From an uncultured Gammaproteobacteria bacterium (lineage in GTDB: Bacteria; Patescibacteriota; Patescibacteriia; UBA1558; UBA10009), in contig CAZPMS010000002.1 of the NCBI GenBank assembly GCA_964588165.1, positions 105,839 to 169,838 of the forward strand: DNA of 64,000 bases, read 5' to 3'. The notes beneath the pieces are model-generated. The model was not told where the DNA came from. It was given only the letters and a program-made list of their open reading frames with translations, and made no database searches. The position numbers and the translations under genes are program-made. Of the stretch, positions 38,536-49,310 are shown piece by piece (position 1 is the stretch's first letter; every line of letters starts with the position of its first letter).

Positions 38536-39855
38536 CTATAAATATCTTTTAATTTCCCAAGGAGTTACTTCTTGCCTGGCACTGGCAATATCTTTATTAG
38601 CGGCACTGGCAAGTGAGTTCAAAACGTGCTTGCCTAAAAGGCTGGTTAAAGTATAATCATTTTTTAATTCAGCCAAGGCTTCTGCCAGGCTTTCTGGCAA
38701 AGTTTCAATATTCTTGGATGATTTTTCCTTTTCAGTCATTTGGTACAGGCTTTCTTCAATTGGATCTGGATGGGTAAAATTATTTTCTATGCCGTCAAGT
38801 CCGCAGGCCAACATAGCAGCAAAGGTTAAATAGGGGTTGGCTTTGGGGTCTGGGTTTCTTAATTCAGCGCGGGAAGATTTGGGGCTGCCTTTAGTAATTT
38901 TAGGAATCCTGATTAAAGCGGAGCGGTTAATTCTGCCCCAGCAGATATTTACCGGCGCCTCAAAGCCTGGTATTAAGCGTTTGTAAGAATTAACAGAAGG
39001 GTTTGTTAAAGCTGTTAGGGCTTTGGCGTGGTGCAGTTGCCCGGCAATAAATTGGTAGGCTGTTTCAGAAAGTTGATATTTGTCATTTTCATTATAAAAA
39101 GCATTAACATCACCTTTAAATAAGCTTTGGTGGATATGCATGCCGGAACCGTTTACCCCTTGCAGAGGTTTTGGCATAAAAGTGGCTTTTAAAGATTCAT
39201 TATTGGCGTAAGCTTTAATGGCTGATTTAATGGTTAAGATATTATCTGCTGTTTTTAAGGCTAAATCATATTTAGTATCAATTTCATGCTGGCCTTCGGC
39301 CACTTCGTGGTGGTAAGCTTCGCCTTTAATATTAAACGCATTTAAAGAATCCATAACCTTTCGGCAAATCCTGGAGGCTCGGCTTAAGGGCGTATAATCA
39401 AAATAGCCTTTATGGTCATGCGGAGCCAGCCTGTTTGGCAGTTCGTTTCTTTCAAATAAAAAGAATTCCAACTCGGCCGCAGTATAATAATCAAAACCTA
39501 AGCGTTTTGCTTGGGCTACAACTTTTTTTAAAATAAACCTGGGGTCGCCCTCAAAAGGCTCGCCATCTGTAGTAAAAATATCGCAAATTAAGCGGGCTGT
39601 TTTAAATTCAGTATTGGTCCAGGGTAAAATGGCAAAGGTGTTTAAATCCGGCTTTAACAGCATGTCGCTTTCGTAAATTCTGGCATGTCCTTCCACAGAA
39701 GAGCCGTCATACCAAATGCCATTTTCCACTGTTTCTGCAAAACGGTGAACTTCTATTTCCACCACTTTAATATTGCCCAAAAGGTCAGAAAATTGGAGCA
39801 ACAAGGTTTTTACCTCCTCTTTTTTTAGTATTTCTTGAATCTGTTCTTGGTCCAT
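38536..39855 (-). CDS. glnA: Glutamine synthetase type I
   Basis: YDGSS, ELEFFLF, HHEVAEGQHE, FMPKP..GVNGSGMH, NSYKRL. Confidence 0.95.
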   Translation of the reverse strand: MDQEQIQEILKKEEVKTLLLQFSDLLGNIKVVEIEVHRFAETVENGIWYDGSSVEGHARIYESDMLLKPDLNTFAILPWTNTEFKTARLICDIFTTDGEPFEGDPRFILKKVVAQAKRLGFDYYTAAELEFFLFERNELPNRLAPHDHKGYFDYTPLSRASRICRKVMDSLNAFNIKGEAYHHEVAEGQHEIDTKYDLALKTADNILTIKSAIKAYANNESLKATFMPKPLQGVNGSGMHIHQSLFKGDVNAFYNENDKYQLSETAYQFIAGQLHHAKALTALTNPSVNSYKRLIPGFEAPVNICWGRINRSALIRIPKITKGSPKSSRAELRNPDPKANPYLTFAAMLACGLDGIENNFTHPDPIEESLYQMTEKEKSSKNIETLPESLAEALAELKNDYTLTSLLGKHVLNSLASAANKDIASARQEVTPWEIKRYL

Positions 39856-39992
39856 AAAGCAAAAAAGCTTAAAGATTATTTTCAAGTTAGATTTAATATA
39901 CAACAATCTTAGACGACTATTTATGGTCTGGCAAATGAAACTTTGTGGATAATTGAAAAATGGACATTTTTTTGTTAAGCTTAAGTAAGTTT

Positions 39993-41087
39993 ATGAAAGA
40001 GATTATAGATAAAATAGAAGAATTTAAATCCAAGATTCAAGATTTAGAGTCCAAGGTAGGCTTAGATTCAAAAAAATCTGAAATAAAAAATCTGGAACAG
40101 GAAATGAACCAGCCCGGTTTTTGGCAAGACCAAGAGCGGGCCAAATGGATTTCTCAAAAAGTTGCCGATTTAAAAGAGGAAATAAAAAATTGGCAGGATT
40201 TAAATGATGAGGTTGGCTTGCTTTTGGCTTTAGCCGATGATGACGAAGATGATAAGAAAACAAATTTAGAGTCAGAAATTAATGCTAAGTATCAAGAATT
40301 GGAACATCAGTTTACTGATTTGGAAGTGGCTACTGTTTTATCCGGCAAATATGATGATAATAATTCCGTTTTATCCATTTATGCCGGAGCCGGCGGTGAT
40401 GACGCCCAAGACTGGGCCCAAATGCTCCTTAGAATGTATTTAAGATTTTTTGAAAAAAGAAATTGGCAAGCAAAAATTTTAGATGAATCAAAAGGTGCAG
40501 AGGCTGGAATAAAGTCAGTAACTGTGGAAGTAAAAGGCAGGCTTGCCTATGGTTATTTAAAGTCAGAGTCGGGCGTCCATAGATTAGTCAGGCTTTCACC
40601 ATTTGATGCTGATAATGCCAGGCATACTTCATTTGCTATGGTGGAAGTTGTTCCGGAACTGGAACAGGAGTCAGATTTAGAAACAAAAGATGAAGATTTA
40701 AAAATTGATACTTTTAAAGCTTCTGGACATGGAGGCCAAGGAGTTAATACTACAGATTCAGCTGTTCGGATCACCCATTTGCCAACAGGTATTACGGCCA
40801 CTTGCCAAAACGAACGTTCGCAACATCAAAATAAAGATACAGCTTTAAAATATTTAAAAGGCAAGCTGGCTAAATATAACGAAGCAAAACAAGAAGATGA
40901 ACGGCAACGTTTAAGGGGTGAATTTACCGAAGCAGCCTGGGGCAACCAGATCCGTTCTTATGTTCTGCATCCTTATAAAATGGTTAAAGACCACCGGACA
41001 GATTATGAGGAAAAGGATCCGGATAAGGTTTTAGATGGAGACTTGGATGAATTTATCCAAGTTTACTTAAAAAGCCAACTCAAGTAA
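39993..41087 (+). CDS. prfB: Peptide chain release factor 2 (no internal frameshift)
   Basis: SPF motif, GGQ, WGNQIRSYV. Confidence 0.97.
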   Translation: MKEIIDKIEEFKSKIQDLESKVGLDSKKSEIKNLEQEMNQPGFWQDQERAKWISQKVADLKEEIKNWQDLNDEVGLLLALADDDEDDKKTNLESEINAKYQELEHQFTDLEVATVLSGKYDDNNSVLSIYAGAGGDDAQDWAQMLLRMYLRFFEKRNWQAKILDESKGAEAGIKSVTVEVKGRLAYGYLKSESGVHRLVRLSPFDADNARHTSFAMVEVVPELEQESDLETKDEDLKIDTFKASGHGGQGVNTTDSAVRITHLPTGITATCQNERSQHQNKDTALKYLKGKLAKYNEAKQEDERQRLRGEFTEAAWGNQIRSYVLHPYKMVKDHRTDYEEKDPDKVLDGDLDEFIQVYLKSQLK

Positions 41088-41096
41088 AATAAGTTT

Positions 41097-42497
41097 ATGA
41101 AATTATATAATACTCTCACTCGCAAAAAGGAAGAATTCAAACCTTTAAAAGGTAAAAAGGTCAGTTTATATTCCTGCGGGCCGACTGTTTATAACTTTGC
41201 TCACATTGGCAACCTTAGAACTTATATTTTTGAAGATATTTTAAGGCGGGCTTTGGAATTCAATAATTATAAAGTAAAACAAGTAATGAATATTACAGAT
41301 GTCGGTCATTTAACCTCAGATGCTGATAGCGGTGAAGACAAATTAGAAAAAGGCGCAAAAAGGGAAGGCAAAACTGTTTGGGAAATTGCTGAATTCTACA
41401 CCAAGGCTTTTAAGCAGGATCTTAAAGATTTAAATATTTTAGAGCCTCATAAATGGGTTAAAGCCACTGATTGCATCAAGGATCAAATCAAATTTATTAA
41501 AAAGTTAGAAAAGAAGGGTTTAACTTACAAAATATCAGACGGTATTTATTTTAATACTTCAAAATATCCTGATTATCCAAAATTGGCCAAGTTAAATTTA
41601 GAAGGCCAAAAAGAGGGTGCCAGAGTAGAGGCTAACAATGAAAAAAAGAATCCAACCGATTTCTCGGTTTGGAAGTTTAGCTATCCGAACGGGAGATCTT
41701 TCGACTCCGCTCAGGATGACGCCTCAAAGAGGCGTCAGATGGAATGGAACAGCCCTTGGGGTAAAGGATTCCCGGGTTGGCATTTGGAATGTTCGGCCAT
41801 TAGTTTAAAAAATTTAGGCAAGGAGTTTGATATTCATACTGGCGGAATTGATCATATTCCAATTCATCATACTAATGAACGTGCTCAAAATTGGGGATTA
41901 GTAGGAAAAGAGTCAGTAAAGTTCTGGATGCATGGAGAGTTCCTAATTATAAACGAAGGTAAGATGGCTAAGTCAGAAGATAATTTTATCACTCTTCAAA
42001 CTTTAAAAGATAGAAACATCAATCCGTTGGCATATAAATATTTTGTATTGCAGGCCCATTACAGATCAAAACTTAATTTTAGTTGGAAAGCTTTGGAGGC
42101 CGCACAAACAGGTTATAATAATTTAATCAGAGATATCAAAGGTTTAGAAAGGCCTGGGAAAGCTTGCAGTAGCTGTAAAGAAAGATTTTTAAAAATTATT
42201 AATGATGATCTTAATACTGCGGAAGCCTTGGCTTTGGTTCAGGAATTGTTAAAGTCAGATAAGCCTTCTTCTAAAAAACGTCAGACCATTATTGAATTTG
42301 ATAAAGTTTTGGGTTTGAATTTGAATCAATATAAACAAGAAAAAGAACCATCAGCTGAAGTTAAAAAGTTAATAGAAGAACGTCAGCTTGCGCGTAAGAA
42401 TAAAGATTATAAAAAATCTGATGAGTTACGTCAGCAGTTAGAAGAACAGGGGATTAGGATTAAGGATTTGCCGAATGATGGATACGAGATAGAATAA
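41097..42497 (+). CDS. cysS: Cysteine--tRNA ligase
   Basis: CGPTVY, HIGN, PGWHLEC, KMAKS. Confidence 0.98.
   Translation: MKLYNTLTRKKEEFKPLKGKKVSLYSCGPTVYNFAHIGNLRTYIFEDILRRALEFNNYKVKQVMNITDVGHLTSDADSGEDKLEKGAKREGKTVWEIAEFYTKAFKQDLKDLNILEPHKWVKATDCIKDQIKFIKKLEKKGLTYKISDGIYFNTSKYPDYPKLAKLNLEGQKEGARVEANNEKKNPTDFSVWKFSYPNGRSFDSAQDDASKRRQMEWNSPWGKGFPGWHLECSAISLKNLGKEFDIHTGGIDHIPIHHTNERAQNWGLVGKESVKFWMHGEFLIINEGKMAKSEDNFITLQTLKDRNINPLAYKYFVLQAHYRSKLNFSWKALEAAQTGYNNLIRDIKGLERPGKACSSCKERFLKIINDDLNTAEALALVQELLKSDKPSSKKRQTIIEFDKVLGLNLNQYKQEKEPSAEVKKLIEERQLARKNKDYKKSDELRQQLEEQGIRIKDLPNDGYEIE
41694..41720. repeat. REP-like TTCGACTCCGCTCAGG element inserted in frame in cysS
   Basis: Same core at 52586-52608, 55044-55083 and 59624-59640. 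Confidence 0.7.
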
Positions 42498-42553
42498 ATT
42501 GAGTTTATTAAAAAACAGCCTATCAAACTGACAGACTGTTTTTTAGTTTTTGT

Positions 42554-43246
42554 TTATTTAGTAAATTCAAAAGTGTTTAGTATTTCGTCCAGAGCGGAAA
42601 AGTCATTATTTCCCCCAGCAATTTGGTTGATAGTGCCCAGATTATTCCAGCCTTCGGGGATTGATGTAAATTCTATTTTAGTTCTGGCAGTAGGAATGTT
42701 ACCGCCCCAGTTCTGATTAGAGTCGGGAGTGTAAATAGTTTTAAGAGCAGATTTTTCATCTATTATAATATTTTCCTTGTTTTCATTCCAGATACCATCT
42801 TGAAATAGTACATAATTGCTTAGTGGACTGACAATAAATTTTTCGTCATCATTTTCTATTATTATATAGATGTACTTAGAATCATCCGGGTATGTTCCAG
42901 ATTTTTCTGACAAAATCCAGCTATTTGGATACTCAAAACTGAAGTTATATAAATCATTTGTGTAAACTTTCCAATTAGATTGTTCATCATCAGAACTATC
43001 TACAGGTTCGTTAGTATTTAATTCATCTTGTTTTACTTGAGTTTGCTGAAGCTGACTGATTTGGTTTTGTAATAAGGTGATTTCTTGCTGAAAGTTTTTT
43101 TCAGTTGTTTTTAAATTTGAATTTTGCCAAGCATAAACACCGCCGCCAAATATTAGAGCGGTAATTACAATTGAAACAATTATAACCCAGGGGTTTTTTG
43201 AGCCTTGGATTGGTTCTGGTGTTGGCAACTCGTTTTGTTCATCCAT
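42554..43246 (-). CDS. Membrane-anchored PsbP-like domain protein
   Basis: TM, coiled coil, WKVYTNDLYNFSFEYPNSW, C-terminal DEILNTFEF. Confidence 0.7.
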   Translation of the reverse strand: MDEQNELPTPEPIQGSKNPWVIIVSIVITALIFGGGVYAWQNSNLKTTEKNFQQEITLLQNQISQLQQTQVKQDELNTNEPVDSSDDEQSNWKVYTNDLYNFSFEYPNSWILSEKSGTYPDDSKYIYIIIENDDEKFIVSPLSNYVLFQDGIWNENKENIIIDEKSALKTIYTPDSNQNWGGNIPTARTKIEFTSIPEGWNNLGTINQIAGGNNDFSALDEILNTFEFTK

Positions 43247-43314
43247 AATGAATTTTGTTAAGTAATTATAAGTTTAATTTTAGCTAATAATAGTAAAAAA
43301 ATCAATATATTAGT

Positions 43315-43450
43315 TATTGACAAAATATGAAATATATGATAAATTTAGGCGTATTTTAAGTAAACAGGACTTTGACAAAGTAGTTAAAAACACCCCAAAA
43401 TGGGGCTTTTCGCGGAACGCAGAGTAGCAAAAAGCTACCTGCAACAGGAG
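43315..43450 (+). promoter_or_regulatory. Duplicated promoter and structured 5' leader, copy 1
   Basis: TTGACA...TGATAAAT; near-identical to 45214-45354. Confidence 0.8.
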
Positions 43451-43459
43451 ATTGGATTG

Positions 43460-45148
43460 ATGAAACGATTCACACTCAGTATTCTTGTGATCGCCATGCT
43501 GGCGATGGTTGTTGGTGTTCAGGCCGAGCCGATTTATCTCGGTACTGTGGACAAGAGTGAATTTATCCAGCAGGGCCAAACCGGCGAACTGGATGAGATT
43601 ATTGACCCCGAGATAATAGGAGGCTATTTGTTTGAATGCTCTATCAGCCATCAAGGATTATTTTATTCGGCTTGGCTTGATAACGGCCAAGGAGTTCCGT
43701 TTGCTATAAATCTTGCTTGTTTTTCACAACAAGAAGGTGAGCCTTTTGAACTTTGGAGGATGGAGATTGATTTAGATGGAAGAAGTGTTATACCTCATGA
43801 TATATTAGTTCACAACGACCAGATTTTTATTCTAGCTGAAGTTGAAGATGATGGTTATTATCTTTCTTTGATAAAGGTGGAGAATCAAGAAGTTGCTTCA
43901 ATCGCTCTCACTGAACGCGATCTTAGTTTTAGATTCCATTTTTCCTCAAATCTAGTTTTGGGTGAGGATGGGACGGCATTAGCTTATTGGGCATTAAGAA
44001 GTGATAGTTTTGTCACTTGTATGGTCATTGATCTTGACGCCTTTGTGCCAGTAGCTCATTCAATTGTGTTAGATATTACTTATTTGGTAGTTGACGATAT
44101 AAATTCTGGTTGCGAAACTAGGCCGTCTTTTGTAAACGGCGCTTGGACATTTTTTGCTAATAATGTAACGAGAGATTGCGAGCTAAAGGTGGTCGTTTGG
44201 CCTAGTGGGCTGGCAGAGCAAACGATAATTTGGGACGGAATGCTCGTCGGCGCGTCCTTTATAATGGAATACCCAGTAGGCTCTTTTTTTAGGACTCTTG
44301 GCCGGGGTTATAATGATCCCGGTACTTGGTTTATTCAGGATCGTACTTTATCTGGGAATTTTTTAAGGCAGACAGAAATTTGTGGGGCTTCTGAGGGGCT
44401 TTCGCCTAAGTATTCTCAAATAAATAATAATATTGCTTTTATCCAACAAAGCAGCGTGTTTGAGCCTGATTATTTCAATTATATTATTATTATAAACGAT
44501 CAAAGCCAGGTAAGTGTTGTTCCTTTAGCCTTTGATCACATGCATCGGCTGTCTTCTAATATAGCCTGGCTTGAGGGAGAAAGGTTGGCTAATATAAGAG
44601 TAGTCGAAAGCGCGGGTGGCTATGAAGTAGATGAACTTGTTTATGTTGAGTTGTCTGCTGACGGTCAAGTAATAAGGCAGATGACTTTAGCACCATATCT
44701 TGCGCCACATACTGTTTACAATGAGGAGTATTGGTGTACTTCGATAATCCAGCCAGCAGATGACGGTGGGGCCTGGGTTCTTTGGGAAGAACCCTTAAGT
44801 GAGGAGCAATATTGGTTTTCCAAGTTATATCTTGAATATGTTGCTCCACCGGCTCCTAACCAACCAACCCCATCAGTAAACACCGAACAGGAACAGTTCA
44901 GTGTTCATCCTAACCCATTTAACGCTTCTACGACCGTTACAGTCAATCTACCACAGGCAGGTAAGCTGAAGGTAAACGTCTTTGACGTTCTGGGTCGTCA
45001 GGTTGCAGAGTTGGCCAATAGTCAGCTCGAAGCTGGCCAACATCAGTTCACGCTGGACGGTTCAAATATGTCCAGTGGCATTTACTTCGTCCGTGCGAAT
45101 ACGATGGATGGTTTGCATGATGTTCGCAAGATCATTTTGATGAAGTAG
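43460..45148 (+). CDS. Secreted protein with T9SS type A C-terminal sorting domain
   Basis: Sec signal peptide; PNPFNASTT...VFDVLGRQV...SSGIYFVR...KIILMK. Confidence 0.85.
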   Translation: MKRFTLSILVIAMLAMVVGVQAEPIYLGTVDKSEFIQQGQTGELDEIIDPEIIGGYLFECSISHQGLFYSAWLDNGQGVPFAINLACFSQQEGEPFELWRMEIDLDGRSVIPHDILVHNDQIFILAEVEDDGYYLSLIKVENQEVASIALTERDLSFRFHFSSNLVLGEDGTALAYWALRSDSFVTCMVIDLDAFVPVAHSIVLDITYLVVDDINSGCETRPSFVNGAWTFFANNVTRDCELKVVVWPSGLAEQTIIWDGMLVGASFIMEYPVGSFFRTLGRGYNDPGTWFIQDRTLSGNFLRQTEICGASEGLSPKYSQINNNIAFIQQSSVFEPDYFNYIIIINDQSQVSVVPLAFDHMHRLSSNIAWLEGERLANIRVVESAGGYEVDELVYVELSADGQVIRQMTLAPYLAPHTVYNEEYWCTSIIQPADDGGAWVLWEEPLSEEQYWFSKLYLEYVAPPAPNQPTPSVNTEQEQFSVHPNPFNASTTVTVNLPQAGKLKVNVFDVLGRQVAELANSQLEAGQHQFTLDGSNMSSGIYFVRANTMDGLHDVRKIILMK

Positions 45149-45173
45149 AACTTGTTCTTTACATGATTTATTT

Positions 45174-45207
45174 AACCGCGTTTCTCAACAGAGAGATGCG
45201 GTTTTTT
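45174..45207 (+). terminator. Intrinsic terminator
   Basis: ACCGCGTTTCTC-AACA-GAGAGATGCGGT plus T tract; paralog at 47229-47261. Confidence 0.8.
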
Positions 45208-45213
45208 CTTTGC

Positions 45214-45354
45214 TATTGACAAAATATGAAATATATGGTAAATTAATACGTATTTTAAGTAAACAGGACTTTGACAAAGTAGTTAAAAAACACCCCAAAA
45301 AGGGGCTTTCCGCGGAACGCAGATAGTCTAAAGAGACATCTGCAACTTGAGGAG
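45214..45354 (+). promoter_or_regulatory. Duplicated promoter and structured 5' leader, copy 2
   Basis: Near-identical to 43315-43450. Confidence 0.8.
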
Positions 45355-45360
45355 AAGTCG

Positions 45361-47199
45361 ATGAACCGGATCTTTACTGTTATTTTTGCAATCGTCATGA
45401 TGATGGCGATTGGTTTTTCAGTCAATGCGACTGAGGCACCTGATTTCAGTTGGGATTACACCATACAGAATGGTGAGTCAGACTGGGCCAACAGTGTCAT
45501 TCAGGCCGAAGATGGTGGCTATCTCGTCATCGGTAACTCAAGTTCATTCAGTCCGAACGAACAAGCCAACCTTTACCTCCACAAGATCAATGCGGAAGCC
45601 GAGTTTGAGTGGGAGGTCGCGCTTGGTGGTGATCTTCATTACTACTCCGGCCTGCATGGAATCCAAGCCGAAGATGGTGGTTATGTTATAACTGGTCAGA
45701 GGCACGAAGGTATCGGAGGCTCGTCAGATTTGGCTTTGATGAAAATTTCAGCAAACGGCCAGGGGATTTGGGAGCAAGTGTTTGGTAATCCGAATATAAC
45801 CGAATATGGGAGCTATGTTCAGCAAACTGCGGATGGTGGTTACATTGTAACCGGTACAAGCTATGCTGAGCAGTTCGACCATGTCTTGGTACTTAAGACA
45901 GATACCAACGGTAACGAGATTTGGGCCAATGTATATCTGGGACATCACGGTGAATCTATCCGTCAGACTTCAGACGGAGGCTACATTTTGGTTGGTGATG
46001 TTTCGGGGCAAAATTCGGACGTTCAAATCCTGAGGCTTGATCCGAACGGCAATGTTATTCGGCAGGATATTTTTGGTGGCGGTAGTTTTGACCATGCCTA
46101 TTCCATGGTTCTGACCGACGAGGACCACTGTGTAGTAACGGGTTCGAGTCAGACCGGCGGTGATCCTTCCAGGGTTTGGTTGTTTGAGGTCGATTTGGAT
46201 GGTCAGATGGTTTGGGAGTGTTTATATTCCGAACTTGACCTAAACGAAGGTTGTACTGTCCGATCGACCGAAGACGGCGGATATGTAATTTCGGCAGTTC
46301 GGTGGTATGGCCAGCTTGATACTGAGACTTCACTGGTCAAGACAAATGATCATGGCGGGCTGGAATGGACCAAGACATTTTATTTTATTGAAACCGGCCA
46401 TGCAGGAGACACTGTTCAGCAAACATTCGATGGTGGCTATATCGCTGTCGGTAACTACGAGATGGAGGATACTAATCATTTTATCAAAGTTTTCAAGCTT
46501 ACCGCTGAACTTCCTGATGTAACGGTTATTCTCACTCCTCACCAGGTTGATATTCAGATCCCTGCTGGCGGTGGTTCGTTCAATTTTGATATCGAAATCG
46601 CCAACGTTTCCGACGAAACACAGTACGTTGATGTTTGGACAGAGATTTATCTGCCCAGCGGATATACCTATCCGGTTCTGAGCCGTTCGAATATTGAACT
46701 GGCAGTCGGGGAGGTTATCACTCGTTCAAATCTTCAACAGATGGTGCCGGGCGGAGTGGCAGCTGGCGAGTATATGTATTTCGCTGTTGTAAAAGATCAC
46801 AACACTTGGGAGGTGTTGGATCATGACAAGTTCAGCTTCGTGAAGTTGCCGGGCAATGGGGTGGCGAGTGTTCAACCCGTGAACTGGCCGGGCTTTTCCG
46901 GCTGGGATGATATTGAAGTAACAAATCCAATTGTTACAGAATCCAAGCTTAGTTCGGTCTACCCCAATCCGTTCAATCCTACCACAACGGTCTCGATCAG
47001 TTTATCGCAAGCTGGGAATGTTCAGCTGGCGGTTTACAACGCGCTCGGCCGGCAAGTCGTAGAATTGGCCAATAGTCAACTCGAAGCAGGCGAGCATCAA
47101 TTCACTCTGGATGGTACAAACCTTTCCAGTGGAACGTATTTCATTCGAATGGACGCCGGTGAGACATCACGAACGCATCGGGTAATTCTGATGAAGTAA
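45361..47199 (+). CDS. Secreted beta-propeller protein with Ig-like domain and T9SS type A CTD
   Basis: Signal peptide, repeated QTxDGGYI motifs, YPNPFNPTT...YNALGRQV...SSGTYF...ILMK. Confidence 0.88.
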   Translation: MNRIFTVIFAIVMMMAIGFSVNATEAPDFSWDYTIQNGESDWANSVIQAEDGGYLVIGNSSSFSPNEQANLYLHKINAEAEFEWEVALGGDLHYYSGLHGIQAEDGGYVITGQRHEGIGGSSDLALMKISANGQGIWEQVFGNPNITEYGSYVQQTADGGYIVTGTSYAEQFDHVLVLKTDTNGNEIWANVYLGHHGESIRQTSDGGYILVGDVSGQNSDVQILRLDPNGNVIRQDIFGGGSFDHAYSMVLTDEDHCVVTGSSQTGGDPSRVWLFEVDLDGQMVWECLYSELDLNEGCTVRSTEDGGYVISAVRWYGQLDTETSLVKTNDHGGLEWTKTFYFIETGHAGDTVQQTFDGGYIAVGNYEMEDTNHFIKVFKLTAELPDVTVILTPHQVDIQIPAGGGSFNFDIEIANVSDETQYVDVWTEIYLPSGYTYPVLSRSNIELAVGEVITRSNLQQMVPGGVAAGEYMYFAVVKDHNTWEVLDHDKFSFVKLPGNGVASVQPVNWPGFSGWDDIEVTNPIVTESKLSSVYPNPFNPTTTVSISLSQAGNVQLAVYNALGRQVVELANSQLEAGEHQFTLDGTNLSSGTYFIRMDAGETSRTHRVILMK

Positions 47200-47430
47200 A
47201 CTTTTCGAACATTATTCATTACACCACACCGCATTTCTCAATAGAGAGATGCGGTTTTTTTGTTTAACTATTAAGGGCTAAGGATTAAGGATTAGAAGTT
47301 GAGATTGATTATTTTTTAATAATGATTTAGGATGATTATAAGTAATAAGGGTCATTTCGGATTTTTCCGGAGGGCCTTTTTTTATTTTAAGGACTAAGGA
47401 TTAAGGACTAATAATTAAAAAAATCAAAAT

Positions 47431-47799
47431 ATGGAATATAAATCGTTTAAAGAAGTGCCTATTTGGCAGAAAAGCGTCAAATTAATTGAAGCAGTTTATA
47501 AAATAACTAAAAATTTTCCTGAAAGCGAAAAGTTTAATTTAACAAGCCAGTTAAGAAGATCAGCTGTTTCAGTAGCCAGTAATATTGCAGAAAGTTGGGG
47601 CCGATATCACTACGCTGATAAAATTAGGGTTTTATATATTGTTCGTGGTGAAATAGAAGAAACTAGAAGTCATCTAGCTATTGCAAGAAAATTGAATTAC
47701 TGTTCAGAAAATAATTATCTAATTCTGGAAAAGTTTTATGAGGAGTTATTACATGACCTGAATAAGCATAAAAAGACATTAAATAGTAAAAATATATAA
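47431..47799 (+). CDS. Four helix bundle protein (23S rRNA IVP-like family) flanked by inverted heptamer repeats
   Basis: WQKS...FPESEKFNLTSQLRRSAVSVASNIAE; TAAGGA(T/C) repeats on the left and ATCCTCA/ATCCTTG on the right. Confidence 0.92.
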   Translation: MEYKSFKEVPIWQKSVKLIEAVYKITKNFPESEKFNLTSQLRRSAVSVASNIAESWGRYHYADKIRVLYIVRGEIEETRSHLAIARKLNYCSENNYLILEKFYEELLHDLNKHKKTLNSKNI

Positions 47800-47831
47800 T
47801 TCTAATCCTCAATCCTTGATCCTCAATTTTA

Positions 47832-49310
47832 ATGATTATCAGAAAATCACAATTTGTATTCTATATATGCCTAAGTTTTATTATTGGCGTTGGTTTAGCC
47901 TCATTTTTTAATATTGCTTGGCTGATAATTTATTTAGTTTGTTTGGTTAGCATTGTTTCAATAATTTTTGTGAAAAGAAAATCATTATTGTTATTAATTT
48001 CCCTTTGTTTATTATTTTTTGCCTTTGGAATTTCTCGGCAGCAATTATCAAATCCTATTGTTAATGAAAATCATCTGGCTTTTTATAACAATCAGTCAGA
48101 AACAGAATTCAGACAGCGTAAGTCAATCACATTTAAAGGAAAGATTATTGATGAGCCTGATGTAAGAAAGGACCACATTAAATACAAAGTCCGCGGTATT
48201 GATAAAAAAGGAAATGTTCTAGTTAGAACTTCTTTGTTTCCTCAATATCAATATGGTGATGTTTTAGAAATAAATTGTGAGTTTACCCAGCCGGAACCGA
48301 TTGAGGATTTTAGATATGATAAATATCTGGCCCTTTCAAATATCTATTCAATTTGCTATCGAGGGCAGATTGAAAAAATTGAATCAAATCAGGGGAATTT
48401 ATTTAAATCAACAATCTTTAAAATAAAAAGCAAGGTGGTTAAAGTTTCCAGCCAAATTTTGCCGGAACCGCAAGCTTCATTTTTGGGCGGCCTTTTGTGG
48501 GGCGCCAAAAAAGGCATGCCCCAAGATGTTTTAGAAAATTTTAACCGAACCGGCGTTACTCATATAATTGCTGTTTCCGGCTATAACATAACCATCATCG
48601 CCGTAATGCTGACCAATCTATTTATTGGACTTGGCCTTTCCAGGAAAAAAGCTTTTTGGCTGATTGTTTTGGGAATTATTTTTTTTGTGGTTATTACAGG
48701 TTCACCAGCTTCAATCGTAAGGGCCGGCATAATGGGCATAGTGGCTTTAATTTCTACCACCGTGGGCCGGGCCACCAAGATGCATAATATTTTAGTTATT
48801 GTTTGCGTGATAATGCTTTTATATAATTCAAAGGTTTTAATTTGGGATGCCGGTTTCCAGCTTTCTTTTTTAGCTACCATTGGATTAATTTATTTTGTGC
48901 CAATTTTAGAAAAATATACCAAATGGCTACCATCAACTTTTGAACTAAGAGAGTCATTTACTACAACTTTATCGGCTATTATATTAACTACGCCTTTAAT
49001 TTTGTTTCAATTCGGCCGGTTTTCCTTTTTGGCACCCATTGCCAACCTGCTAATTTTACCGGTTATCCCGATAAATATGGCAGTTGGTTTTTTGGCTGTA
49101 GTTTTTGGTTTAATTTGGCTTCCTTTGGGGCAAGTAATCGCTTGGATATCTTGGGTAATATTAACTTATGTTCTTAAACTGACAGAAATTTTAGCAAAGC
49201 TTGAATGGGCCTCGGTGCCAGTAACTAATTTACCCTGGATTTTTATGGTTTTGGGATATTTAATAATTGGCGTACTTATTTATAAAAAAAATAAATATTT
49301 AATTTTATGA
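47832..49310 (+). CDS. comEC: ComEC/Rec2 competence membrane protein
   Basis: TGVTHIIAVSGYN, SIVRAGIM, GFQLSFLAT. Confidence 0.95.
   Translation: MIIRKSQFVFYICLSFIIGVGLASFFNIAWLIIYLVCLVSIVSIIFVKRKSLLLLISLCLLFFAFGISRQQLSNPIVNENHLAFYNNQSETEFRQRKSITFKGKIIDEPDVRKDHIKYKVRGIDKKGNVLVRTSLFPQYQYGDVLEINCEFTQPEPIEDFRYDKYLALSNIYSICYRGQIEKIESNQGNLFKSTIFKIKSKVVKVSSQILPEPQASFLGGLLWGAKKGMPQDVLENFNRTGVTHIIAVSGYNITIIAVMLTNLFIGLGLSRKKAFWLIVLGIIFFVVITGSPASIVRAGIMGIVALISTTVGRATKMHNILVIVCVIMLLYNSKVLIWDAGFQLSFLATIGLIYFVPILEKYTKWLPSTFELRESFTTTLSAIILTTPLILFQFGRFSFLAPIANLLILPVIPINMAVGFLAVVFGLIWLPLGQVIAWISWVILTYVLKLTEILAKLEWASVPVTNLPWIFMVLGYLIIGVLIYKKNKYLIL

Noticed and set aside
39944-39952. Perfect DnaA box (TGTGGATAA) as an oriC marker
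   Set aside because: A single box, with no cluster and no dnaA nearby.
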